NCBI RefSeq assembly: GCF_018350175.1
Contig: NC_058368.1
Coordinates: forward strand, 161,202,001-161,266,000
From: Felis catus
Lineage: Eukaryota
Direction of reading: 5' to 3'
DNA: 64,000 nt
Below the pieces are notes generated by a model. The model had not been told where the DNA came from. It saw only the letters and a list, made by a program, of their open reading frames with translations, and searched no databases. This document shows, piece after piece, positions 12,490 through 25,032 of the stretch; the first letter of the stretch is position 1; every line of letters begins with the position of its first letter. The translations under genes and the position numbers were made by a program.

Positions 12490-13648
12490 AAACAGAATGG
12501 AGGAGCTGCCAAAAATTAAAAAATAGAGCTATGATATGATGCAGTAGTCACACTGTGGGCATACAGCCAAAGGAAATGAAATCAGGATGTCAAAGAGATG
12601 CCAGAACTCCCATGTTCACTGCAGCATTATTCATAATAGCCAAGATATTGATGAGGGAATGTGGGGCAAGCTGAGGACAAAGTACAGGCTAACAGCATTC
12701 CCACCCAGGTGGAGTATGTGTGATATTCCTCAGACACTCCTGGCTACCCAAGAACAAAGGAAAGGGGTTTAAGTGCTTGCTCTGGTGGTGTGGGAAACAA
12801 AGGCAAATGAAAAATTAAATTCCCTTATTGCCTATAGCCCACTGGCAAGTCCCTGAAATCAGCAGAGTGACTTCCCTCTAGGAGCTCAGCTGCCTCAATG
12901 ATGACACTTTGCTAGGTACAAAAGAGAATCTTGGCTTAACATTATCCTGATTCTCTCAGGAACCTCTAAGTCTACTTTAACATACAAAAATTTCTTTGGA
13001 AACTTCCTTTTATCTCAACTCCCCCAAGATATATGCTGGCTGGCTCCGAGCTTATGGCCTCCTGATATATATCTGAAGGGTCTCATGTGCGAGGTAATAA
13101 ATGACATTTCCTAGCAACAGCCAGCCCTTCAAGGTCCTGGAGACTTTGCTTCCAAAATACCTTATAGACTTATTCTATTTCTAAGGGTATATAATCAGTT
13201 ACCTGTCACAACCCCAGTTCAGCTCTTCCTGCCCATGGGTCCTATCCCCGTGTCTTAATAAAATCACCTTTGTACATCTTCAAGAGTTCTTTCTTGACCT
13301 TGGACTCCGGACCCCAACATCACCCCAAAACTTCATCAATATGGAAACAACCTAAGAATCCATGATCAGAAGAATGAAGAAAAGGTGCCATATAATGAAA
13401 CAATATTCAGCTATGAGAAAGAAGGAAATCCTGTCATTTGCAACAACATGGATGGAACTTGAGGGCATTTTGCCAATTAAATGAAATAAGACAGAGAAAG
13501 GCAAACACTGTATATCATTTATATATGGAATCTAAAAAAGCCAAACTCACGGAAACAGAGACTAGAATGGTAGTTACCAGGGGATGGGAGTTGGAGGAAA
13601 TAGAGAGAGGTTGGTAAAAAGCCTCCAAGCAGACAAATAGACAAACAA
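12490..13648 (+). mobile_element. Younger L1MA-type ORF2 C-terminal/3' fragment inserted in the old L1 ORF1
   Basis: catgttcactgcagcattattcataatagccaagat...ggaaacaacctaag L1 motif; flanked by aaaaggg(a/t)aaa near 12482 and 13649. Confidence 0.7.
12649..13338 (+). mobile_element. Solo LTR, ERV1 class, 690 bp
   Basis: TGATGAG...CTTCATCA termini, 4-bp TSD ATAT (12645-12648 and 13339-13342), TATATAA at 13188-13194, AATAAA at 13257-13262. Confidence 0.92.
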
Positions 13649-14307
13649 AAAAGGGTAAATTAAGACATTCTCCAGTGAAGGAAACCTAAGAGAAATGTTC
13701 TCCAGTAGACTTAGCCTAAAAGAATGGCTAAAAGAAATTTTTTAAACAGAAAGGAAAAAATAGGAAACTTTGAGCAATAAAAAACAAGAAAGAATAAGGA
13801 AAAAACAAAGTATGGGGAAATAAAATAGATATTTCTCCTCCTTTTGGGTTTCCTAAAATGTTTGACGATTGAAATAAAGATTACAATAGTCTCTAATGTG
13901 TATTTCAAAGAAATATTTAAGACAATGAAATTATAGGTGGAGCAAAACAGAAGGACAAAAGGAAGGAAAGATTCTATATTTAACTGAATTTTTAAAATGT
14001 TGACTCCAATAAAATGTGATATGTTTTGTATATAAAGTGTAATACCAAGAACAACCATGAAAAAATATGTATGTAGAGAAAGGGAGAGACAGAAACACAC
14101 ATAAAACACTGTAAATCAAAATGAAAAAATCAAAATGGAATTCTTAACAAATGGTCCACTAACCAACATGGATATAAAATATAAACAAAAAACTCTGCCC
14201 CAAAACAGAAAGAATAAGCAGAAAATAAAGTGGCAGATTTAAGCCCTAATATATCAAAAATTACATTAAAATAAGCCATATAAAAGACATTGGCAACACT
14301 GATTTTT

Positions 14308-14561
14308 TAAATTTTTTAACACTTATTTATTTTTAAGAGAGAGAGAGAGAGAGGGAAATCTTGTGTGTGTGTGCAGGCATACCCGCCTGCACGCGGGGGA
14401 AGGTCAGAGAGAGAGAGAGAGAGAGGATTCCAAGCAGGCTCCAAACTGTGGGAGCAGAGCAGCCAGATGGGGGGCTCAAACTCAAAAACTTACCATGAGA
14501 TCATGACCTAAGTTGAAATCAAGAGCCCATCACCCAACCAACTGAGCCATCCAGACATCCT
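14308..14561 (-). mobile_element. CAN-SINE
   Basis: Reverse-strand SINE body with (GA)n; TSD gcaacact(g/t)attttt. Confidence 0.93.
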
Positions 14562-14902
14562 AAGCAACACTTATTTTTAAAAAGGATCCAACAATACAAT
14601 GTTTGCAAGAAATTCTCTTCAAATATAATGATTGAGTTTGGCTGAAAATACAAAGCTGGGAAAAAAACCACATCATACAACCATTAATCAAATACAGCAT
14701 AAATGGGTATATTTTTACCAAATAGAGTAGATTTGCAAACAGAAAATTACTGGGTCAGAGAGGGACGTTACATAAAGGTAAAAGGGTTAGTCTGTGTATA
14801 GCAATCCTAAATGTGTATGCATCAAATAACAGTACTGAAAAATATCAGTAAACAAAGTGAATAACAATTCCACTTTTGTATCAGTTGTGGAGATAAGGGT
14901 TT

Positions 14903-15127
14903 ATATTTTTTAAATTTTTTAGATTTATTTACTTATTTTGAGAGAGAGAGAAAGAGAGAGCAAGTAGGGGAGGAGCAGAGAGAGAGAGGGAGAGGGAGAA
15001 TTCTACGCAGGGTCCGCAATGTCAGCACAGAGCCAGATGTGGGGCTCGAACTCAAAAACTGGGAGATCATGACCTGAGTCAAAACTAAGAGTCGGACACT
15101 TAATCATCTGAACCACCCAGGCGCCCC
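14903..15127 (-). mobile_element. CAN-SINE
   Basis: Ends ccacccaggcgcccc; TSD tggagataagggttt / tggacacaagggttt. Confidence 0.95.
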
Positions 15128-15160
15128 TGGACACAAGGGTTTTTAAAAACTGATACAACA

Positions 15161-15368
15161 GGGGTGCCTGGGTGCCTCAGTCAGTTAAACGACCGACTTC
15201 GGCTCAGGTCATGATCTCACTGTTCATGAGTTTGAGCCCCACATCAGGATCTGTGCTGACAGCTCGGAGCCTGAAACCTGCTTCTGATTCTGTGTCTCCC
15301 TCTCTCTCTCTCTGCCCTTCCCCCACTCAGGCTCTGTCTCTCCTTCCTTCAAAAATAAATAAACATTT
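15161..15368 (+). mobile_element. CAN-SINE (feline type)
   Basis: Perfect TSD aaaaactgatacaaca at 15145-15160 and 15369-15384. Confidence 0.97.
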
Positions 15369-16382
15369 AAAAACTGATACAACAGTTAGATAATCATCAA
15401 GGATATAGAATAACTCAATAATATTAGCAACAAATAGAATCTAATCATATTTACAGAACACTCAAATCAACAGCACAAGGATACCTATTCTTTACAAGAA
15501 ACAAATATCAAAATATGCTGGGTCATAAATCAAACCTCAACAAATGTTAAAGAATTAAAATCATATAGGGTGTGTTCTCTGACCACAACGGAATCAATCT
15601 AGGAATCAGTAATAGAAAGAGAACAGGAAAATCTCCAATTACTTGAAAACTCAACAACACACACCTAAATAAACAAGGAAACAAAGAAAAACTTCAAAGA
15701 TACATGGAACTGAATAAAAATGAAAATATAATGTATCAGTATCTGTTGGAAGCAGCTAAAGTAATTTTGAGAGGGAAAACAGACAGCATTAAATGCTTAC
15801 ATTTAAATAGAGAAAGGTCTCAAAAAATTCAAGCCACTTATGAACTAGAAGAAGAACAAATTAAAAATACAAAGCAATCGTAAGGAAGGAAATAATACCA
15901 GTAAGAGCCAAAAGCAATGGAATTGAAAAGAAAAAGGCAGTAAAGAAAACCAATAAAACAAAGGATACCACTAGAGACCCTGCACAAACACAACAAAAAC
16001 ATAATAAGGTAATAATGCAAGCAAATACTCACATTTGACAACTTCAATGTTATGAACCAATTCCGGGAAAAGTACAAACTACCACAATGTACCCAATTTG
16101 AAATAGATAATTTGAATAGCACCGTGACTATTCAGGAAATTGAAATTTTAATTTAAAGACTCTCAAAAAAGAAATCTCCAGGCCCAGACAGTTTTACTTG
16201 CAAATTCCATCAAATATTTAAAGAAAAATTAACATCAATTCTACACAACCTCTACCAAAAGTTGGGGGAAGGGGTACATTTTCCTACTCATTTTATGAAG
16301 TTTATCATTTATCAAAACCAGGGAGACAATACATAAAGAGTAAAGACCATATCCCTCATGATTCCGGTAAAAAAAAGTCTTA

Positions 16383-16582
16383 CAGTCAGTTAAGCATCTG
16401 ACTTTGACTCAGGTCATGATGTCACGGTTCGTGAGTTCGAGCCCCGCGTCGGGCTCTGTGCTGACAGCTCAGAGCTTGGAGCCTGCTTTGCGTTCTGTGT
16501 CTTCCTCTCTCTCTACCCCTACTCTGCTCACACTCTGTCTCTCTCAAAAGTAAAATAATAAAAACATTGACAAAATTTTTTT
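16383..16582 (+). mobile_element. CAN-SINE, 5'-truncated
   Basis: Begins at cagtcagttaag (head missing); TSD aaaagtctta. Confidence 0.95.
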
Positions 16583-17197
16583 AAAAGTCTTAAAATATTA
16601 GTAAATATAATTCAGTAATAAATGAAAAAAATACATATTATGACCAAGTGGTGTTTATACCAGGTATACAACGCTAGCTCAAAATGGAAAATCAGTTAAT
16701 ATAATCCATTATATCAACAGGCTAACAAAACATTTAGAAAAAAAAATCAACAACTATTCATGATAAAAGCTCTCAGAAAAATAGGGATATAGAGAGACTC
16801 GCACAAGTTAAAGAACACCTACATGAAACATAAGGCAAATAATAACACTTAACTTGTGAGAGAAATTTTTCCACCAAAGTTCAGGAACAAGGCAAGGGTT
16901 TCCACAGTCGTCACCGCTGTTCAAGATAGCTCTTCACGTTCTAATCAGTTCAATAAGGCACGAAAAGGCAATCAAATGCACACAAATTAGATGTTTAAAT
17001 AAACCCCACTTTTTGCAGATAATTTGATGTCTTGAAAATACAGACTTGTCTTGTTTTTGCAGATAATTTAAAAATTCCGAAAAAAATATAAACTTTGAGA
17101 ACAAATAAATTAATTCAGCAAAATCACAATATATGAGATTAACATACAAAAACCTATTGAACTTCTATATCCTAGAAATGAATACTTGGGAACTGAA

Positions 17198-17206
17198 ATA
17201 ATAATA

Positions 17207-17240
<34 letters not shown>
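17198..17240. repeat. (TAA)n microsatellite
   Basis: Near-perfect trinucleotide run with one interruption. Confidence 0.95.
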
Positions 17241-17242
<2 letters not shown>

Positions 17243-17251
17243 CAGTACCAT

Positions 17252-17624
17252 TGTCACTGGGTGCAAGGGGGCTAAAAAGGAGAAAACTGGAGCATCATCA
17301 GCATACAAAGTATAATGTCCTCACACCAAATGTTCCAGAAGAGGGCTTCCACAAGACCTCACTGTAAGCCCCATTACGGCATTTTGCAGACCCTCTGAGA
17401 GTGCCTGCACCTGACCATGAGGCACTCCAGAGCACAGGAGCAGCAAAAATCCCGCACCTGATCGCGAGACCCCTATGGCCTGCGTCTGGAGGGGGCCTCA
17501 CCTGGGCAGCCAGGTGGAGACCCTTCATGGCATAGCTGTGTGGGCCGAAGTGGAGCTAAGCGCTCTTTAACATACTAATAATATCACAGCTCCCCTCCGA
17601 GGCAACCATGGGAGTATAGTAACA
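17252..17624 (-). mobile_element. GC-rich solo-LTR-like insert, family not recognised
   Basis: TG...CA termini with 6/7 inverted match (tgtcact / agtaaca); sharp GC contrast with the surrounding L1; no TSD seen; strand inferred. Confidence 0.6.
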
Positions 17625-18879
17625 AGAAATATAAGCATTTTTGTGTAAATTCAACAAAACGTGTATATAGGACTTGCATACTGAAAATTATAAAATAGTA
17701 ATGAAATAAGATCTAAATAAATTGAAACACTATAAATGGATTTTAAGATTCAATGTGGTAAAAAAAATCAATTCTCAATTTATATGGTTTTAATGCAATT
17801 CTTATGAAAATTCCATCAAGTTCTTTTGTAGATATAGAGAAGATGATTCTAAAATTCATATGGAAAGGTCAGGCAACTAGAATATCAAAACCATTTTGAG
17901 AAAACATAATAAATTATTCTACCTGATCTCAAGACTTATTATACAGTCACAATAATCAAGACCATTATGTTAACAGAGGGATAGACACATAGATCAATAG
18001 AACAAAAAAAGAGGGCCTAGAAATGGTCTTACATAAGTATAGTCAGTTGTTTTTGATAAAGATACACAATCAATTTCATGAAAAAAAATAAGTCATTTTA
18101 GCAAATGATGGTGGAGCAATGAGAGATCCATAAACTAAATAAATAAACAAATAAATAAAACTCAAAATACATTATTGATTCAAATATATAACATAAAACA
18201 GTAAAAATCCTAGAAAATAGCAGAAATATCCTGGATCCAGGGCTTGATGAAGAGTTCCTAGACAGTACACCAAAGAAATGATCCATAAAAGAAAAAAAAA
18301 TCAATAATTAGACTTTGTCATTCTGTAAAAAATATAATAATAATAAGAGATGAAAAGATAAGGTAGACTTGGCGGAAATACTTGCAAACCTTACATGTAA
18401 CCAAGGACTCATATCTCAAATATGGAAATAAATTTAGCCCTTTGTGTTTTTATCATTTTATAGTGTACTATATTCCAAATCTTTGTTGAAACAAATCAGC
18501 TAATTACATCATGTTTGATGTAAATGTACAATTTTATATGAATGCAGTGGGAGGTGAACTTCATGAAGAAGTCCAGAAACTGGATATTTTTAATCATCTG
18601 CGACTAGAAAATAGGCCAAAGAACCATATATTTAACTAAAATCTTAAAAAATATCTTCTGCCCAATAGTTTGGGGATGTTGTGACTCAATATTCCTGGCA
18701 AGTCATTGTGTATGAAGGATGTGCACACATCTACAGTTCATTCTCTGACAAAGCCTAGACGGTTAGAATCTTTGTTCTGTCCCTTTCATTTTTCCCATGT
18801 GACTCTCAAATCTTTGAGACAGTGACTTGCTATACATTTTATTTCATTTGGCTAAGTGTCTAGCTGGCTTTTAGTACAT

Positions 18880-19135
18880 GAAGTCTTAGAATAAGCAGAC
18901 AATCCATGCTTATAGAAGCCAGATCTTTAGCAGATAGATCAAAGCCAGAGTGTGAGAAGGATTGATTGTAAAGGGCAGTGAAGGAAATTTTGGGGTAACT
19001 GAAAGTTTCTATATCTTAATTATAGTGGTGGTTACATGACTATATATACATATACACACATGCATATATACACATGTGCATATGTATGTATGTATATCTA
19101 TGTATGTATATCTATATGTGTATATCTGTCAACAT
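18880..19135 (+). mobile_element. Old L1 3' UTR fragment
   Basis: ggaaattttggggtaactgaaagtttctatatcttaattatagtggtggttacatgactata, an L1MC/ME-type 3' end motif. Confidence 0.65.
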
Positions 19136-19433
19136 TTTTCAGGTGTTTTAAGCTGATGCTCTATCAAGTTTTGGGCTTTCATATAGTAATTTTGGAGACC
19201 CCTCCACTTACTCTCAATGCTGGGAAACACTCACCAGCAGTTCTTTTGATCTTGGGTAATCATCATCTATAGAAAATCATGTATATTTCTTCCTTCATTT
19301 ATTAGGCATTTGATACAATCCTATTCAGACTTTTTTTTTCTGCAATCTCACTGTTTATTCCAACATATTCTAAGAGCCCACAGAACTACCTCTTGTTTTT
19401 CCATCAGAGACTGTGGCTGTAGAAACAGCCTCT

Positions 19434-19565
19434 GGGGGAGCCTGTGTGGCTCAGTCAGTTAAGCATCTGACTTCAGCTCAGGTCGTGATCTCATGGTTCA
19501 TGAGTTCAAGCCGTCATTGGGCTCTGTGGTGACAGCACGGAGCACCGAGCCTGCTCTGTATTCTG

Positions 19566-19600
<35 letters not shown>

Positions 19601-19673
19601 CTCCCCCACTCACATTCTGTCTCTCTCTCAAAAAAAATAAATAAATAAATAAACATTAAAAAAAAAAAGAAAA
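19434..19673 (+). mobile_element. CAN-SINE
   Basis: TSD agaaacagcctct; (CT)n tract and A tail. Confidence 0.96.
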
Positions 19674-19860
19674 AGAAACAGCCTCTGGTCTTTCATTGCC
19701 TCAAGGTGAATCAGTTATGATCCCAATGTATCTTATAAACCAAAGAGGACAAGTTCTAAGAAGTCTCACTGAAACCTCTTCAATTGACTTAAACTTTGGT
19801 AGAAGGATTCTCCAAACCCTCTTACATATTTGCAATAGTCTTCAAAGAAATTCTTTCCAA

Positions 19861-20070
19861 GGGGCTCCTGGGTGGCTCAGTTGGTTAAGCACCCCACTCT
19901 TGATTTCGGCTCAGGTCTTAATCTCATGTTTCCTGAGATTGAGCCACACGTCAGACTCTGCTGACAGCATGGATCCTGTTTGGGATTCTCTCTCACCCTC
20001 TCTCTCTGCCCCTCCACTCCTTGCTCAAGTTCTCTCTCTCTCTCTCAAAATAAATAAATAAACATAAAAA
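19861..20070 (+). mobile_element. CAN-SINE
   Basis: ggggctcctgggtggctcag head, CT tract, aaataaataaacat tail. Confidence 0.95.
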
Positions 20071-20289
20071 AATAAATTCTTGTTCTAATATAGATCTCTT
20101 CTCTTCTCTACATTTGGGTTATAAAACTAGGTCCTGGTTTTCTATTCTGCAAGTTTTATTTTATGTGGCCTGGCACCTCATGGCTGGACTTTTCTTGGAC
20201 TTTTAGTCAAAACCTTCATGAAGCTTCCCATTTTAATAGTATATTTTAGAAAAACAAAATAGGTAAAAATTCAAATATTAAAAAGATAA

Positions 20290-20495
20290 GGGGGCACCTG
20301 GGTGGCTCAGTCAGCTAAGCTTCTGACTTCAGCTCAGGTCGTGATCTCGTTGTTCATGAGTTCGAGCCCCGCATCAGGCTCTGCTGTCAGCGTGGAGCCC
20401 GGTTTGGTTCCTGTCTCCCTCTCCGTCTCTGCCGCTCCCCAGCTTGTGCTTTCTCTCTGTCTCAAAAATGAATAAAAAACATTTTAAAAATGAAA
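20290..20495 (+). mobile_element. CAN-SINE
   Basis: ggggcacctgggtggctcag head and A tail. Confidence 0.95.
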
Positions 20496-20499
20496 AAAA

Positions 20500-21340
20500 G
20501 GCAACAAATGTTTTCACCCCATTAGATACATCCTCCCCACATACAAACACTCTTTGCATTGTGTTATATATGTACAGGTTCCCACATATAAGTATCATAT
20601 AAATAATGATATATGTTATGTGCCTTAGGTTATTTTGCAGCGTATGCTTTCTTCTCTCAAGAATACATTTACCAATTTTTAAATATCAGTACGAGAGATT
20701 TATCTCAATTTTTGGTGGCTGTATGGTATTTCCTGGTGTGAATATAGCCAGTCCCTTATTGCAGGGTATTTAAGATTTTTTGTCTTTTGATATAACAAAT
20801 ACTGCAGCAATGGGGAACTTTTTATGTATTTTCAAAGACATAAATGGGCTTATTTTATATGATAAAAAACTAAAATTAAAATTTCTAAATCAAAGGGTAT
20901 TGTGATTACATATTTTGATGTATATTGCCAAGTTGCTCTCAAATCTGTCAAGCTAATTTAGATTTTTAGCAATGGGAACTGTTTTCCTATACCCCTGCAA
21001 TGCTGTCTTATCAAACAGTGGACTTTAACAATGTAAGAGAAGAAAAGCAATACCTCATCTTCACAAATCATGTCCTTTGTATATTTTCTATTTGGCTGTT
21101 AGTTCTTTTCTCCTTGTGATTTGTTCAAACTCTGGTTGTATTAAGTCTACCACTTAGAGTAAAAATTTCCCTCCAGTTTGTATTTTATATTATCATTTCA
21201 GGATATTTTTGTTTTGCAGTAACTTTTATGTCTTATTTTTAATGCCTTTTTCCTTTTTTTACAGATTCTAGGAATTTAATCTTGCTTATAAATTTTATTA
21301 CCATCACAAAATACTTATGGTTTTAATGTTTATGCATATT
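20500..21340 (-). mobile_element. Ancient L1ME-type fragments
   Basis: Degenerate L1 3' motifs such as ggctgtatggtatttcc and ttttgatgtatattgccaagttgctctc. Confidence 0.5.
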
Positions 21341-21685
21341 TAATTTTCTAAGTCACTGTAATATCATCTTAAGAAGTATTGAAATATTGAAACTGTACCA
21401 GAAGACATTTCTATTTCATTCATATCATATACTGCATGCCCAAAGAATACCTAAGAGAAAATAACTTTGGAACATCCTGCATTTATGGGTTAGATAAAGT
21501 TCTTTCTCTAAGTTGTAGACTTCTGACTCAATTGTTCTTAGATTTTAGGCTGTTTGAAAAACATAATATGTAATAATTGTATTCTATATTTCTATATTGT
21601 TTTCTACACTGAAAATTACTTAAACATGCATTACCTAAATTATGTCTGATAACAAGTACATAACAAATTAGTCCAATATAGCCAT

Positions 21686-21825
21686 CTTTATTTTTAATTT
21701 TTTTTTATTTTGAGCTAATTATAGGTTCACATGTAATTGAAAGAAATAATACAGTGAGCTAACATGTACCAGTTATCCAACGGTAACATCTTGAAAAACT
21801 ATAGTATAATACCACAACCAGGTAC
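21686..21825 (-). mobile_element. L1MB/MC 3' end fragment
   Basis: ttttattttgagctaattataggttcacatg...ggtaacatcttgaaaaactatagtataataccacaaccagg. Confidence 0.75.
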
Positions 21826-21879
21826 TATTCTTATTTCACAGTAGAAATATACTGAAGAATGTCTTATTTGGTATCAATA

Positions 21880-23320
21880 ATCTTCAAATAAGCAGATAGC
21901 CAATTAGGTGAAAGCTAGAAGTATATTTGCAATAGGGGAAAAACTAAGCTTAAACTTAAGAAATGTGTGTAAAAGGAAATGTCTTTATAAGGAAAATTAT
22001 ATATTTCTAAAAGACACAAAAGAAGATTCGAACAAATGAAAACACATGCATACAAACACTCAACATCATAAAGATGATTATTTGTAAATTTCACCCCAAC
22101 AAATATACTATTAGGTTTTTAAATTTTTCTTCCTAGAAATAGATGGGTCATTATATGAAAAACTAGTAGTAAGAGTAGTCAAAAACTTTTAAAAGAGAGC
22201 AATGAGAACAGACTAGTCCTACCTCTAAATAAAGAAATATTATGTTTTAGAACATGGACAGATAGCATGAAGCAGAATAAAAACATTCAAAAACAGACCC
22301 CAGGGAAGAAACAAAAAACAAAAAAAAAATATTAGAATATGGTACAGGTGGCATTTCAAACCAGTAAGGAAAAGATAGACTTTTATATAAATAGTATTAT
22401 ACAACTTCATATCTTCATAGAAACAATTAAAATTCCTCACATCAAAAATCAGTATAAATTCAAAATAGATTTTTAATTCAAAAGAAAAAATAAGTAAACC
22501 TAGATATATATTAGGAGAAACACAGGTGAATTTCTTTTATTCAAGAGTTAGAGAAAAATCTTCCTAACTATGGCTTATAACTTAGAAGAAATAAAGAAAT
22601 GATTGGTAGTTAGGTCCGGAGAAACAAAAAACAATAAGAAAAGAAACATTTGGGAGGAAAAGCAAATGACAAAATGAGATAAATATTTATAAGTTTTCTC
22701 GAAGACAAAATGTTGGTATGCCTAATATATAAAGAAGTCATAGAAATTAAGTCAAATGCTAACAATTCAATAAGAATATAGGCAAAATATACAAACAAAT
22801 AAATCATAGAACAATAAATGCAAATGGATTTTAAAATCATATTTTAAAATGCCCAATCTCACTCATAATAAGCAAAAAATAATAATAATAAATAAGGGAA
22901 AAGTCATTTTATTTAGAAATATATAAAAGTTTGAAAACATTTTTTGGCTAAGGTGTAGGGAAACAAGAATGATCATTATTTTTCTGATGGTGATGCAAAG
23001 TAGTACAACTCATAAGGGGACTATACAATATCAAATGAAAAATGTGTATTTGTCTAAATCAATAGTACCATTTTCAGGAATTTTTGCCAAATTACAAAGT
23101 TATAAAATAACCTTTGCACAAAGATATTCATTGCAGTATTGTATTAAATAATTAAAGGTTGGAGGCAACCAAATTGACCCTTAACAGAGAACTGAGGAGG
23201 GGCACCTGAGCGCCTCAGTCAGTTGAGCCTCCAACTTTTTGATTTTGGCTCAGGTGAATATCCCAGTGTCAGGGATCCAGCCCCACAGTGGTCTCCGTGC
23301 TGATCATGGAGCCTGTTAAG

Positions 23321-23374
<54 letters not shown>

Positions 23375-23500
23375 TCCTTCTGCCCTTCACTCAAATGTAC
23401 ATGTGTATTCTTGCTCTCTCTCAAATACATTAATAAAATTAAAACAAAACAGAGAATTGAGGAATTAAATATATTATATCCACAATGAAGTACTCTGTAA
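21880..23500 (+). mobile_element. Ancient L1ME-type ORF2 3' fragment
   Basis: A-rich, degenerate L1 ORF2/3' motifs such as ggaggcaaccaaattgaccc; contains a SINE. Confidence 0.55.
23199..23447 (+). mobile_element. CAN-SINE
   Basis: TSD aacagagaa(c/t)tgagga; long (CT)n tract. Confidence 0.95.
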
Positions 23501-23646
23501 TTGTAATTTTAAATTAATATTTGAATATCAACATTAACTCCATAAAATATACATAATCTTAACTGTATTCAATATAAACTGATAGAGTACTCTTATTTAG
23601 TTCCCTGCTCTATTTACAAACTTTCCTTTTATTAAAAGGACATATT

Positions 23647-23857
23647 TTTTAATGTTTATTTATTTATTCTGAGAGAGGATTAGAGAGAGTGAGCAGGGGA
23701 GGGGCAGAGAGAGAGAGAGGGAGAGAGAGAATCCCAAGTGGGCTTTGCGTTGTCAGAGCAGAGCACAATGCAGAGCTCAGTCTTATAAAACACAAGATCA
23801 TGACCTGAGCTGAAATCAAGAGTCAATGCTTAATCAACTGAGCCACCCAGGTGCCCC
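23647..23857 (-). mobile_element. CAN-SINE
   Basis: TSD aaaaggacat; ends gagccacccaggtgcccc. Confidence 0.96.
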
Positions 23858-24397
23858 AAAAGGACATCTTTAATGAACACATTTTACAAAAATGTATCAC
23901 TTATGTCTTATTTTTATTTCTTAGAAAAATTACTAAGAGTAAAATTATTGGATAAAAGGATAAGAACAACCTTATAGGTTTTCATGTATATATCTAAATT
24001 TTCCTTAAGAAAAGTTATGCCTTTTTACACTTTCACCAATAATATAAGGAAATGTCACTTTGATAGCACTTATGCACATACTCTAAAATCACTGGATTTG
24101 AATATTTTCCAACATGATAGATTTAAAAAAACTGGTATCTCATAGATCTCATTAGAATCTTTGTTGTCTAGTAAAATGGAATAGTTTCTCAAAAATATCA
24201 TTAATATTAATATTTATTTTTGAATTCCCCATCTGTGATCTTGGCCTGCCTCCCAATTCAGGTATTCAAATTTTTCTTATTTTAGTTTTTATAAATATTT
24301 TTAATACCAAAAATATTTATCTGTCAAACATTTTTCAAATTTATCCCGGTATGCTATTTTTATTTTTCAGCTTCTCCTTTTTAAAATTATATTTTGT

Positions 24398-24675
24398 GGG
24401 ACACCTGGGTGGCTCAGTCAGTTAAGCATTTGACTTTTGGTTACAGTGCAGGTCATGATGTCATGGTTCATGGAATCCAGCCTTGTGTTGGGCTCTGAGC
24501 TGACAGTGAGGAGCCTGCTTGGGATTCTCTCTTTCTATCTCTCTCTCTTTGCCTCTCCCTTGCTCATACATGCACACGTGTGTGCACGTGCTCTCTCTCT
24601 CTCTCTCTCTCTCGCTCTCTCTCCCTCTCTCAAAATAAATAAATAAACATTAAAAAATAAATAAATACAAAAAAA
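24398..24675 (+). mobile_element. CAN-SINE
   Basis: gggacacctgggtggctcag head, (CT)n tract, A tail. Confidence 0.95.
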
Positions 24676-24814
24676 AATTTTTGTGATTAATGCAAACAAA
24701 TTCTATAATGTGAAAATTTGAAAGAGTAAGTAGACAAATACAATGTATACTCCAAAACAGATGAAGGGCACAAAATATGAAGCATAAAGTAATGTTCCTT
24801 ATAAACAATAACTT

Positions 24815-25032
24815 GGGGGCGCCTGGGTGGCTCAGTCGGTTAAGCATCTGACTTCAGCTCAGGTCATGATCTCACAGTCTACGGGCAGTGTCGGGCTCTG
24901 TGCTGGCAGCTCAGGGCCTGGAGCCTGCTTCAGATTCTGTGTCTCCCTCTCTCTCTGCCCCTCCCCTGCTCATGCTCTCTCTCTGTCTCAAAAATAAATA
25001 AAAACATTAAAAACAATTTTAATAAAAAAATA
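24815..25032 (+). mobile_element. CAN-SINE (feline type)
   Basis: ggggcgcctgggtggctcagtcggttaag head; TSD aataacttg. Confidence 0.96.

Larger units (their letters stand above)
11130..18430 (+). mobile_element. Long, old, degenerate L1M (5' region, ORF1 and ORF2 remnants) with multiple nested insertions
   Basis: A-rich L1 ORF1-like sequence at about 11770-12480 and ORF2 EN/RT-like remnants at about 14230-18430; no long open frame. Confidence 0.8.

Noticed and set aside
13711..14109. 132-aa hydrophobic ORF on the minus strand
   Set aside because: Antisense reading of A-rich L1 sequence gives an F/L/I-rich artefact.
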